Shown: in pieces, positions 28,498 through 36,972 of the stretch
How positions within the stretch are numbered: position 1 is the stretch's first letter
Layout of the letters: every line of letters starts with the position of its first letter
Virus record (IMG/VR): IMGVR_UViG_3300042898_000852
Coordinates: 13,937 to 77,936 of that record
Strand: one strand, 5' to 3'
DNA: 64,000 nt
From: a virus
Translations under genes and position numbers: made by a program
Notes under the pieces: model-generated
Seen by the model: only the letters and a program-made list of their open reading frames with translations
The model's database searches: none
What the model was told of the DNA's origin: nothing

Positions 28498-29098
28498 CTT
28501 CGGTTTCTTTAGATTTGGTAGCTTTCTTTGCTGGAGGATCTAAATCGTCTGCTTGTTTTCTCAGCCTAGCTGCTTCTTTGTACATGGCATCTGCTTGACT
28601 TCTAAAATTGCGAGCTATGTCACGATCAGTAAGTACTTCATTAGCTGAGGCAGGTACACTAGTAGATTCTTGAACTGTTTTTGCAGGTTCTTTCTTAGTA
28701 GGAGCACCTTTGGTAAACGTATACAAATCATCTATTGCACAATTTTTTTGTTCTGCAATAAATGAATTTAGTTCATGCAACGAAATTTCTGAATTCGGAG
28801 TGGGCGTCATGATAACAGTATCAGTGGCCACTTTTATCAAACGATTATCTGCCTGCAGGGCCTGTAGCATAGGGCGGCCGTCGGGGAATGGTCGAGTAAA
28901 AAGAATTTCTCCGAATTCCCATGCATCTTGTGCAACATCTTGATCTACAAGATCAATGATTGCATTGTGATATTGATCTGGCAACGGAGATGTTTGCACA
29001 ACCAATGCCATATTTGACTCACCGGGTAAGGTTCTAAAAACTACAAGAACTTTTGATCCTGTGTTTTTTATCTTACCTACGTGTTTGAGATTTTTCAT
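28490..29098 (-). CDS. Hypothetical protein
   Basis: Start MKNLKH after AAGGA SD; tightly packed. Confidence 0.6.
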   Translation of the reverse strand: MKNLKHVGKIKNTGSKVLVVFRTLPGESNMALVVQTSPLPDQYHNAIIDLVDQDVAQDAWEFGEILFTRPFPDGRPMLQALQADNRLIKVATDTVIMTPTPNSEISLHELNSFIAEQKNCAIDDLYTFTKGAPTKKEPAKTVQESTSVPASANEVLTDRDIARNFRSQADAMYKEAARLRKQADDLDPPAKKATKSKETEGA

Positions 29099-29099
29099 A

Positions 29100-29321
29100 T
29101 TATTCCTTTTTGGCTGCAACAGATTCTAGAAAGGTATTTAACTTATTGTAAGCCTTACCTACTGCTTCTAATTCTGCAGCTTTGAACGCCCCTCGACTAC
29201 TGGCAACTTCTAGAATACTACGCAAGGAAGCTAGGTCGCTGAGATTAAGATCAGCACTTGCAGCACTTGGTGGTTGTTGAGGTTGCTCTTGTTCTGGGGT
29301 TGTTGTTACTTCTTGGTCCAT
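29100..29321 (-). CDS. Hypothetical protein
   Basis: Start MDQEV after AGGAG; SRGAFKAAEL..VG..YNKL motif common in large phages. Confidence 0.6.
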   Translation of the reverse strand: MDQEVTTTPEQEQPQQPPSAASADLNLSDLASLRSILEVASSRGAFKAAELEAVGKAYNKLNTFLESVAAKKE

Positions 29322-29593
29322 TAGTTTCTCCTTAGATATGGGCAAGCTAACATAAAATATGTTAGTTCTTTATGATCTTCAAATCCCGCAAACATTGCGG
29401 ATTTCAATCTGCTGTCGTTTTCTATACTTGAAAGTTTCACGACAGCATATCTACCTTTTAATTTGATTCGAATCCAGTTTTCAACTTCGTTTGTAAAAAA
29501 ATTTATCTCTTCAAGTTTAATTTTTCCAAAATGTGGAGGCATCACTTGAAGTGATCTTTTGTTTAAAATTTCTAAAGGATTATATTCGATCAT
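29321..29593 (-). CDS. Hypothetical protein
   Basis: ATG 29593 downstream of a TATAAATA motif. Confidence 0.55.
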   Translation of the reverse strand: MIEYNPLEILNKRSLQVMPPHFGKIKLEEINFFTNEVENWIRIKLKGRYAVVKLSSIENDSRLKSAMFAGFEDHKELTYFMLACPYLRRN

Positions 29594-29626
29594 TGTGAAA
29601 ATATTTATAGATAACAAATAAATTGT

Positions 29627-30019
29627 TCAGGATTCTTGGCTAAGTCTTTGATGCATTGCTTTGGCATAACCCATTTTTCTTACATCTCCGTGAAACAGAT
29701 ATAATTCAAATGCAGATTTTTCTTTTAGAACAACAATGTGTTTTTTGGTTAAGTGATAGGGAGATTCGATAAATTGATCTAACCAAACTAGTATTTGTGG
29801 AGTTATACTAATTTCTTTTAATATTTCAACTTTATATGTTTTGATTTGAGAATAAGTTTCTACAAATTCTAGTCCTTGATCAGTGAGTCTTAGACCGCCA
29901 CAGTCTTTACCTCTGACATTTTGCCACCAGGCACTGCGGAATTTTTTTATGATATTCTCGTCAAAAGATTGACCAGCAGCTTTGAGGAATACCGAAGTAT
30001 AGGTATCCTTTAAATCCAT
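29627..30019 (-). CDS. Hypothetical protein
   Basis: 130-aa ORF with GLRLTDQG motif. Confidence 0.55.
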   Translation of the reverse strand: MDLKDTYTSVFLKAAGQSFDENIIKKFRSAWWQNVRGKDCGGLRLTDQGLEFVETYSQIKTYKVEILKEISITPQILVWLDQFIESPYHLTKKHIVVLKEKSAFELYLFHGDVRKMGYAKAMHQRLSQES

Positions 30020-30304
30020 TTAGTCTACTCGCTCTCCAGCATTTAACTTAAACACTGCAAAGTCTGTGGTCTTAAACAACTTGTTTAACTTTTTGGCCAA
30101 GTTTCTTGCGTGTCCTGGATTACTAAAACTGACCTTTTTGTATTTCGGGCCAGGATAACTGGATACCATACTACCACTTTTTAAGTTGAAAGGTTGTTCT
30201 TTGTAAAACACAGCCCAAATGGCATCGCTATCGAGAATTTGCTCAACTTTGTATGTTTCCTTGTTGGTGTATTCAAGAATAACTTTGGGTTTTGGTCTAC
30301 TCAT
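30020..30304 (-). CDS. Conserved basic hypothetical protein
   Basis: MSRPKP...PGPKYKKVSFSNPGHA; preceded by TATAAATA and a hairpin. Confidence 0.6.
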   Translation of the reverse strand: MSRPKPKVILEYTNKETYKVEQILDSDAIWAVFYKEQPFNLKSGSMVSSYPGPKYKKVSFSNPGHARNLAKKLNKLFKTTDFAVFKLNAGERVD

Positions 30305-30307
30305 ATC

Positions 30308-30342
30308 TATACGTGTAATAATAAAGCACGTATATATTTATA
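30308..30342 (-). promoter_or_regulatory. TATAAATA late promoter followed by 8-bp inverted repeat
   Basis: TATAAATA (30335-42 on -) then TATACGTG-N11-CACGTATA just before ATG 30304; no SD. Confidence 0.5.
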
Positions 30343-30343
30343 C

Positions 30344-30595
30344 CTAACTGAAGTTGCCCCCATCAAATTTAACATTGATATTGGTAGTAGATTCACGTAT
30401 TTCCGCCAGCATTGCGTGTATTTCCTGAACGGTTTTTCCTAATTTACTAGTCATTACTGCTAATTCTTGGGTAAGCTCTCTTGCTTCTTGAATTGTTAAT
30501 CTTATATCTTTTTGCTGACCACGCTCTGCAACTGCTATGCGTTGAATAAGTTTTTCAACGCCTGGTAACGTATTTGGAATGTTATTTTGAGACAT
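30344..30595 (-). CDS. Hypothetical coiled-coil protein
   Basis: 83-aa ORF in the operon. Confidence 0.55.
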   Translation of the reverse strand: MSQNNIPNTLPGVEKLIQRIAVAERGQQKDIRLTIQEARELTQELAVMTSKLGKTVQEIHAMLAEIRESTTNINVKFDGGNFS

Positions 30596-31058
30596 TAGCT
30601 AATACCTGTTTCATTTCAATTTCGGATTGAAACGGACCTTGATACTCATACCTTTGTAATGTTATCAATTTAGGGCAAAAACTTTTTACCCATCCTTTAT
30701 CAAACCGTATCACATAAAAGCCTGCACAGTATAAACTCTTGCTATCGCCGCTTTTTGTAAACAACGGTAACTTTCTTTTTATATCATACATTGCATTGTG
30801 CGGCTCGGCACTTGTGGCATAACCGTGAACTTCGTTGGGTAATGCATCGTTGGCTTCTTTAATAATTTTAGCTACAAAGAAATTTTTACCAAATTGTCTA
30901 GTAAGGCTTTCTTTTGTGTCGTAGATTTTTACACCTAATTCATTGCTCATAACAAATCTATTATCTTCATTTTTTCTTAGAGTGGCGAACTTTTCACCAT
31001 CTCGTTCAACAATCCAAAATTTATCTTTAATAATTGGCTTTGCTTGTATATCGGACAT
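30582..31058 (-). CDS. Hypothetical protein
   Basis: Start MSDIQ after GGGAG; LPLFTK..SKSLYCAGFY..FCPKLITLQRY. Confidence 0.6.
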   Translation of the reverse strand: MSDIQAKPIIKDKFWIVERDGEKFATLRKNEDNRFVMSNELGVKIYDTKESLTRQFGKNFFVAKIIKEANDALPNEVHGYATSAEPHNAMYDIKRKLPLFTKSGDSKSLYCAGFYVIRFDKGWVKSFCPKLITLQRYEYQGPFQSEIEMKQVLANVSK

Positions 31059-31101
31059 GTTATTCTCCCAGCAGTCAACAGTTTTTGATTGACACGTATC
31101 T

Positions 31102-32109
31102 TCATACGGACAAAGTTTTAATTTCATTTGAATACCTCGCATTCAGTGGCTCAGCATATGCCTGTGCCTGATCAGCAATCTTTTTAAGATCATAAAGATT
31201 ACAAAATTTCATTAATCTAATTCCAACTTGACTGATATTTTTATTTGCACCTGTTGCTGTAGCAATTGTTTCTGTAATGATGTTTTTAATTTCTTCGGGC
31301 TGTGCAGAGAGATCAATTAAAATACGATTACGTTCGTAATCATCTAACACACGATGTTCTTTACCTTCGTGGTCGGACCAACGCTGAAGCATGAGATTGT
31401 TCCACGAGTAGCCTTTTGAGTCTCGGTCACCGTAGGCTTCACGGAGACCAACCTTATTCTTTGTGCCTTTTTCCCGTACTCCCGGATATGCAGAGAATAC
31501 ATTGTCTGAGGTATCGCCTCGCATACACTTCTCAAAGAGTAACCACTGAGGGTCCGGAATGGCTTTTGGCTCTTGAGTCTTTTTATCAATAACTCTCTTA
31601 CCTTTTGCATCAAATATACCTTCATGTGTGATAGTAGTTTCCATAACACCGTTAAATTGTTTAACATTGGGTGCAATTAGTTGTACAAAATCTGTGTCTG
31701 TCGAAATGATCACGTGATTGTCGTTTGGATGACTCTGTATCCAGCCAGCAATAAGATCATCTGCTTCTAGGCGTGAATGTTGTAAGACTGTGCAATTTGT
31801 CTTTTCTGTCACAAATTCTTTAAAAGTATCAAAGGCTTCCCAAAACACTTTCTCTTCTTCTGCTTCTCGTTCTGTATGTGCTGCACGACTAGCAGCTCGT
31901 TGTGCTTTGTAAGGCTTGTAATGATCTTTACGCCAACTGCGTCCCTCTAAACAGAATACTACATGACTTCCACTAAAGTCTTGCCAGGCCTTTTTAATGC
32001 TGTTTAGTGTAATGTGAAAAGCCATGCCTAACTTAATGTCAGCATCACCGTTGATAACGTGTCTAGCACGAAAAAAAGTATTAGCAGTATCAACTAAAAT
32101 ATATGTCAT
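31102..32109 (-). CDS. rnh: RNase H / 5'-3' exonuclease (T4 Rnh-like, FEN family)
   Basis: ILVDTAN, SWRK..YK.YKA.R, LEADDLIA, IISTDTDFVQL, GDTSDNV motifs. Confidence 0.85.
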   Translation of the reverse strand: MTYILVDTANTFFRARHVINGDADIKLGMAFHITLNSIKKAWQDFSGSHVVFCLEGRSWRKDHYKPYKAQRAASRAAHTEREAEEEKVFWEAFDTFKEFVTEKTNCTVLQHSRLEADDLIAGWIQSHPNDNHVIISTDTDFVQLIAPNVKQFNGVMETTITHEGIFDAKGKRVIDKKTQEPKAIPDPQWLLFEKCMRGDTSDNVFSAYPGVREKGTKNKVGLREAYGDRDSKGYSWNNLMLQRWSDHEGKEHRVLDDYERNRILIDLSAQPEEIKNIITETIATATGANKNISQVGIRLMKFCNLYDLKKIADQAQAYAEPLNARYSNEIKTLSV

Positions 32110-32546
32110 AGATTCTTTTTTCTAACAGAGTTGATATCAATAACGCCAGTATTTACAGCGCCACCAAAATCACCATCAACTACTACATTAGCACACAGTT
32201 CACGGAACCAACGATCCACAATTTCTTCGTCTTTGTCACCGTCAAAACCATATCCCTCTTGCTTTAATTTTAACACAAAAAGCTCGTTCCAGTCAAGCTC
32301 AAAAAAGCCATTACGTATGTTATCTTTGTTGATGTGTGTATTAAGCACCCCTACCCACGGTTCTTTCAATTTGGTTGCTCGATCTTTTGGACTTAGTTTG
32401 GCAGTTTCTTCTGCTTCTACAGCACGTTCTGCAGATGCAACTGCGTCTTTAGCAATCTTTGTGGATTCTTCAGCCAACTGTACTGCTGCTGCTGTTTCGG
32501 CCTTGAGTTTATCAATGCCAAATAATTTTTCTACAAATCGTCTCAT
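32106..32546 (-). CDS. Hypothetical protein
   Basis: EPWVGV...GFFELDWN...EEIVDRWF; coupled to queE and rnh. Confidence 0.6.
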   Translation of the reverse strand: MRRFVEKLFGIDKLKAETAAAVQLAEESTKIAKDAVASAERAVEAEETAKLSPKDRATKLKEPWVGVLNTHINKDNIRNGFFELDWNELFVLKLKQEGYGFDGDKDEEIVDRWFRELCANVVVDGDFGGAVNTGVIDINSVRKKNL

Positions 32547-33391
32547 CAAGTACCCCACTCATTTTTAAATAACGGCACTTGTAATCTATCACTATAACGC
32601 CATCCACGTTTCATAGCTGCCAGTGCCACATTCTTTGCGTTGAGTGTATAAACACTTTCCACACCACCAACTGGCATTAGATAAACATGCCCGTTAAATC
32701 CAGCATTACGGAATGCACCCACAGCACATTCAGCATCTGAAATATCCTGCTCTGTTGCAACAACAAATTTAAGATAAACTGTTCCTACTTGTTCATACTC
32801 ACACACAATTTCTGGACAGATAGCTTCCTCCCACTTCTCTCCACTTGCTGGAAGTTTAGCACTTACACTGAATGTAAGTTCTTTATTATCTGTCCATTCA
32901 ATTAGATATTCTTTAAATTTAGGATCAAGTTTTTGAGTACCATTTGTTTCAAAAGTAATCTCTTGCAAGTCACGCATCTTAGGATGATCTAGTAGATCTG
33001 GATAAGCACGTTGCCACCCTAACAATGGTTCGCCGCCTGTAATAACTAAGTGTTCGTCAATCCAATGATCCTGCGGAAGCATTTCCATAATTCGATCTAC
33101 AATAGCTTCGCTAGTAAGCATAGGCGACAAATCTTTAAAGCGTGGATCCCAACTAGCATAGCTGTCACAGCCTGTGCTAACAAGTGGCAAATCTTTATAA
33201 TCCTTGTAAGGAATATTGTCGTGAGCAAAAGCAATAGTTTCAACTTCTGTACTTATTTCACCCCGCGGCATACCGAAGCCTGCACATTTAAAGTTACAGC
33301 CGAAGGTTCTAAGGAACACACTGGGCACCCCCATATATCTACCCTCGCCCTGTATAGAGTAGAAAAGTTCCGCTATTTTAATCTTGCTCAT
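32546..33391 (-). CDS. queE: 7-carboxy-7-deazaguanine synthase (radical SAM)
   Basis: ELFYSIQGEG, VFLRTFGCNFKC...GCDS, VITGGEPLL, FETNGT, SVSAKL, YLMPVG, RLQV. Confidence 0.9.
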   Translation of the reverse strand: MSKIKIAELFYSIQGEGRYMGVPSVFLRTFGCNFKCAGFGMPRGEISTEVETIAFAHDNIPYKDYKDLPLVSTGCDSYASWDPRFKDLSPMLTSEAIVDRIMEMLPQDHWIDEHLVITGGEPLLGWQRAYPDLLDHPKMRDLQEITFETNGTQKLDPKFKEYLIEWTDNKELTFSVSAKLPASGEKWEEAICPEIVCEYEQVGTVYLKFVVATEQDISDAECAVGAFRNAGFNGHVYLMPVGGVESVYTLNAKNVALAAMKRGWRYSDRLQVPLFKNEWGT

Positions 33392-33845
33392 GCTCAACCC
33401 CACTTTTAAATATATTTGACCATTTTTTTAATTTGGCAATTTTGTTACCTGCTGCCGCAAGCACTTCCTCTTTATCTACTATATTATGATCAATACAAAG
33501 ATCGATCATGGCCTGTAAATCTCCTAGTTCTTCTGCTAGATGTTGTCTGTTAGTAAGTGGCTTACCGGGTTTGACATTATCTAAACCGAATCGACTTATC
33601 TTGCTGATAGCAACAATTACTTCTGCACATTCCTCTTGAGTAATGTCTAGGATTTCTTTTTCTTTATTATTCATATTACTAGTATACACTCTTTTTGTCA
33701 AAGACCAAGAGCCATTTTGATTATCTTTCCAGTCTAATACATCACCTTCTTTCCAACCTGTTTCTTCGATCATATCTTCAGGGAATGGTAGTATCAAGTC
33801 ACCGGTTTCGGGATCGTCTTGTAGTTCAATTGTCCAATTTTTCAA
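33378..33845 (-). CDS. AbrB/SpoVT-like domain in frame with a MazG-like NTP pyrophosphohydrolase
   Basis: TTG start with AGGAG SD; GDLILPFPEDMIEETGWKEGDVLDW (AbrB-like) then QEECAEVI..LAEELGDL (MazG ExxE..ExxD); second ATG at 33674. Confidence 0.65.
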   Translation of the reverse strand: MKNWTIELQDDPETGDLILPFPEDMIEETGWKEGDVLDWKDNQNGSWSLTKRVYTSNMNNKEKEILDITQEECAEVIVAISKISRFGLDNVKPGKPLTNRQHLAEELGDLQAMIDLCIDHNIVDKEEVLAAAGNKIAKLKKWSNIFKSGVEHEQD

Positions 33846-34347
33846 TGCTAACTCCTGATTTTTTAAGGAACTCGATTCCTGCATCGTCTCTATAGTTTTC
33901 ACCGTAGTAGACACCATTTATGCCAGACTGGTATATAAGTTTGGCGCATTCAATACAAGGGGCATGAGTAATAAAAATATCAGCACCAAGCCCACTTTCA
34001 TTGGACTTTGCCAATTTTGCAATAGCATTTGATTCAGCATGAAGTACTTCTGGTTTAGTTTTTAAGGCATATCTTCTAGCATATCCTAGATCGGGATCGA
34101 TATCCTCTTCTTCAAATGGCCATCGATCATAAATCTCTTCGGGGCTTAGCCAACCCCCAGCATCACCGCCCATGTACTCTTTGTGCTCACAATCATTATT
34201 CCAACCTGCCGGCATACCATTGTAGCCAATACTAATAATACGATCATCTTTAACAACAATAGCACCAACGTGCAATCTACGTGCGTGACTAAGTTCTGCG
34301 AATACCTTTGCGGTCTTCATATAAGTTTGTTTGAACTTTTCCTTCAT
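33826..34347 (-). CDS. dCMP deaminase
   Basis: VGAIVV..IISIGYNG, HAESNAI, THAPCIECAKLI zinc motifs. Confidence 0.9.
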   Translation of the reverse strand: MKEKFKQTYMKTAKVFAELSHARRLHVGAIVVKDDRIISIGYNGMPAGWNNDCEHKEYMGGDAGGWLSPEEIYDRWPFEEEDIDPDLGYARRYALKTKPEVLHAESNAIAKLAKSNESGLGADIFITHAPCIECAKLIYQSGINGVYYGENYRDDAGIEFLKKSGVSIEKLDN

Positions 34348-34528
34348 TTTGTTTCTTCCATTCTTGTTGTTTAAGTTCTCGACATTGCTTTTTTACTTCT
34401 ACGGGAATATCAGGATGCCATTCAGCCATACCACAATCGTATACTCTATATTCAGGCATTGGTGTCAGACTGAGTACTACTACCCACATTAAAAATCCTA
34501 TTGCAAATCCCACTAGATATTTTGTCAT
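34289..34528 (-). CDS. Small membrane-anchored hypothetical protein
   Basis: N-terminal hydrophobic helix; YDC.MAEWHPDIP.EVK.QCR. Confidence 0.55.
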   Translation of the reverse strand: MTKYLVGFAIGFLMWVVVLSLTPMPEYRVYDCGMAEWHPDIPVEVKKQCRELKQQEWKKQNEGKVQTNLYEDRKGIRRT

Positions 34529-34719
34529 AGTCTATCACTTAGTAATAGATTACACATTAATACATCTTGTTCTGTTTTAAAGAAAAATTTCATATAGTCT
34601 GCAGAAACTTCTGTGGTATATCTATGTCCCGGCAATCCGAAATGTTCAATTACCATAGCGCAACTTTCGTTCCACCATTTATTTTCCTGCGAGTTCCAAG
34701 TTAGATTAACGACGTTCAT
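34525..34719 (-). CDS. Hypothetical protein
   Basis: Small coupled ORF (EHFGLPG.RY). Confidence 0.5.
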   Translation of the reverse strand: MNVVNLTWNSQENKWWNESCAMVIEHFGLPGHRYTTEVSADYMKFFFKTEQDVLMCNLLLSDRL

Positions 34720-34897
34720 CAACTAATACTTTTCTAAACCTATGTGTAAAACTTTCTTTTAGGCACGAATATTCGAGATTGTCTCGGAGACGCATATAGT
34801 GTACCCAAGTTTGATTTCCTATATCAACTACATAAATTACTCGAAAATATTCTCGAGCCCCTGCTTCCCACACTTCGCCATTACTAACTTCTTGCAT
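34706..34897 (-). CDS. Hypothetical protein
   Basis: Small coupled ORF (WVHY...YSCL.ESF..RF). Confidence 0.5.
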   Translation of the reverse strand: MQEVSNGEVWEAGAREYFRVIYVVDIGNQTWVHYMRLRDNLEYSCLKESFTHRFRKVLVDERR

Positions 34898-35351
34898 TTT
34901 TAGCCCTTTCAGATAGATATGTTTCATTATGAATCCACCTGTTATTTACTAAAAATCCCCATTCACGCTTTTGCGGCCCTGGCATAAACATAGTCCAGGC
35001 AGTCACACTAGGATCAAGCTCAATACGATGATAGCTGTTAGCCCTACATACACGAAAATGGCCGGGTCCTCGCCATTTACATATCTCATTAAATTTACGA
35101 CCCTGTTCGTCAAATTGAGGAATCCATTCATAATATCCACCTTTAAGTATTAGTGTTGCGTATGGCCAAGGATGATCATGAACATCATCTGGATCTGATT
35201 TAAGAAATTTATGAATAAAAACATTAAACGGAAACCAATCTCTATCTTTTAGAAAAACGTAATATCTTTCAAGATATGGCTGATCGTTCACACGATCCAT
35301 TATGATTCTTTTACGTTCTAATCGTTCTAAAAAATCGAGAAACCATTTCAT
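34884..35351 (-). CDS. Cupin-fold protein (putative metal-dependent oxygenase/isomerase)
   Basis: HDHPW...LILKGGYYE...YHRIEL cupin-like HxH..E..H ligands. Confidence 0.55.
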   Translation of the reverse strand: MKWFLDFLERLERKRIIMDRVNDQPYLERYYVFLKDRDWFPFNVFIHKFLKSDPDDVHDHPWPYATLILKGGYYEWIPQFDEQGRKFNEICKWRGPGHFRVCRANSYHRIELDPSVTAWTMFMPGPQKREWGFLVNNRWIHNETYLSERAKNARS

Positions 35352-35572
35352 TTACAAGTCTCCAGAAATTCATTTAACCTATGGGCAGCCTCGTTAAAAT
35401 CTACAGCCCAAACCTTTGCTTTAATTTGATTATCAACAATACTCATATCAAACGGAACAACGCCATTAAATCTGAAGTTATCTGGGACTTCGGTAGTGAC
35501 AGTAAACTCGTGCAAGTTCTTCGCTCTAAAAATAAGATTAGTTGCCATGTCTACTGAATTCATATTATCCAC
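35348..35572 (-). CDS. Hypothetical protein
   Basis: 74-aa coupled ORF. Confidence 0.5.
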   Translation of the reverse strand: MDNMNSVDMATNLIFRAKNLHEFTVTTEVPDNFRFNGVVPFDMSIVDNQIKAKVWAVDFNEAAHRLNEFLETCK

Positions 35573-36074
35573 CTTGTGTTGAGTCTTTTGGAAATACTTC
35601 GCTGAACGGCCACGATGTATTTGGATCTGGGCGAGATTTAAGTTTTACATTTTCTTCAATAACTGTACCATCATCTTCGCACAGGTCAATTTGATACGGT
35701 GCAATAATATGTACGGCAGTGTCTTCTTCTGCCCAATCATGCTCGCCGTCAAATAACCAACCTGCTCCACCTTCGTAGTAGAGTTCTTTTAGTTCTTGCT
35801 GTTCTAGTTCACCAATGTCATCACTGAATTCCCACTCAACGCTAACACTGTCATCAAACTCACAGCCCCAACCACAATCGGTTCGAGCATAGGCAACTGT
35901 ATCACCTTCCCAGGGAAGATTGCAATCTAAATCACCTTCGACAAAACCTTGACCCCAACGATATGTTTCGTCAATGTTAAACCAACTGACGCTATCATCG
36001 GGGTTCCTACGATACATTTCTACATGGTAGACAATGCTTTTCTTTTCTAATGGTTTGATTACGTATACAGTCAT
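35565..36074 (-). CDS. Acidic hypothetical protein
   Basis: 169-aa ORF. Confidence 0.6.
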   Translation of the reverse strand: MTVYVIKPLEKKSIVYHVEMYRRNPDDSVSWFNIDETYRWGQGFVEGDLDCNLPWEGDTVAYARTDCGWGCEFDDSVSVEWEFSDDIGELEQQELKELYYEGGAGWLFDGEHDWAEEDTAVHIIAPYQIDLCEDDGTVIEENVKLKSRPDPNTSWPFSEVFPKDSTQGG

Positions 36075-36075
36075 A

Positions 36076-36189
36076 TTAGAGTTCCATAATAAAATATTTC
36101 GATGCAGGATATTGCGTCTGCAACCATTCTAACAGGCCTTCTTCAACTGGCAAACGAACGCTGTCAAATTTGTTAGTAATGTATCTCAT
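36076..36189 (-). CDS. Small protein not in the ORF track (37 aa, MRYITNKFDSVRLPVEEGLLEWLQTQYPASKYFIMEL)
   Basis: ATGA overlap with the folE stop; fills the gap exactly and ends 1 nt before the next ATG. Confidence 0.6.
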   Translation of the reverse strand: MRYITNKFDSVRLPVEEGLLEWLQTQYPASKYFIMEL

Positions 36190-36932
36190 CGCGGTGCAAA
36201 CTCCTGTTGTAGTTTAATATTGTCAAAGAATTCTTTCTTTGTATGTGGATCATCTTTAAATGAACCTTTCAATACAGTAGTCTGTGTTAGACTTGAGTGT
36301 GCCATGATGCCGCGATTCTCACAACAGCCATGAACTGCCTGCACGTAGACTGCTACGTTTTCTGATTCGGTTGCTTTGCTGATTTCGCGGGCGATGTCGT
36401 TGCACAATTCTTCTTGTAATGTTCCACGACGAGCACACCACTGTGCTATTCTGGTATACTTTGAGAGACCAATAAGTTTATTAGCGGCAATGATACCGAT
36501 GTAGGCAACCCCAGAAACAGGCTGGTGGTGATGAGAACACATACTTCGTAGCTCACTACGTACCACAAGCATACCCTCGTAACGGTCGGCGCTGTCATTT
36601 GGAAAAGCTGTTGCATCTGGTGCCGGATCATATCTACCTGCCATTACTTCGTTAAAATACATTTTAGCAAGACGTCTTGCGGTACCTTTACTATTGGGAT
36701 CGGTTTCGCGATCAATAAGTAATTTATCAAGCACTTGTTCAAATGCAGGTGTTGCTTCGTCAATTAGTTTCTCTAGATCACCTTGCCAAAGGTATTCACT
36801 AATATTGTCACCGGCCCAAAATCTTTTACCATCACGTTTCATTTTAAAGCGAATATGGTCGCCTAGGTAAGCTTCTGAATATCCGCCATCGCCTGCCATT
36901 GCGTCTAGGCCTGTTTCTGTTTTATCTGTCAA
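36186..36932 (-). CDS. folE: GTP cyclohydrolase I
   Basis: TARRLAKMY, SMCSHHHQP, IGLSKYTRI, LQEEL, HGCCENRG motifs; TTG start with GGAG SD. Confidence 0.92.
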   Translation of the reverse strand: MTDKTETGLDAMAGDGGYSEAYLGDHIRFKMKRDGKRFWAGDNISEYLWQGDLEKLIDEATPAFEQVLDKLLIDRETDPNSKGTARRLAKMYFNEVMAGRYDPAPDATAFPNDSADRYEGMLVVRSELRSMCSHHHQPVSGVAYIGIIAANKLIGLSKYTRIAQWCARRGTLQEELCNDIAREISKATESENVAVYVQAVHGCCENRGIMAHSSLTQTTVLKGSFKDDPHTKKEFFDNIKLQQEFAPR

Positions 36933-36972
36933 TTTATATTCTCCGAGTTAGTGTCGTGGATGACATACATTA

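Noticed and set aside
36933-36970. Canonical preQ1-I or THF-II riboswitch before folE
   Set aside because: Stem, loop and A-rich tail do not match the consensus as I recall it; kept only as an unassigned candidate
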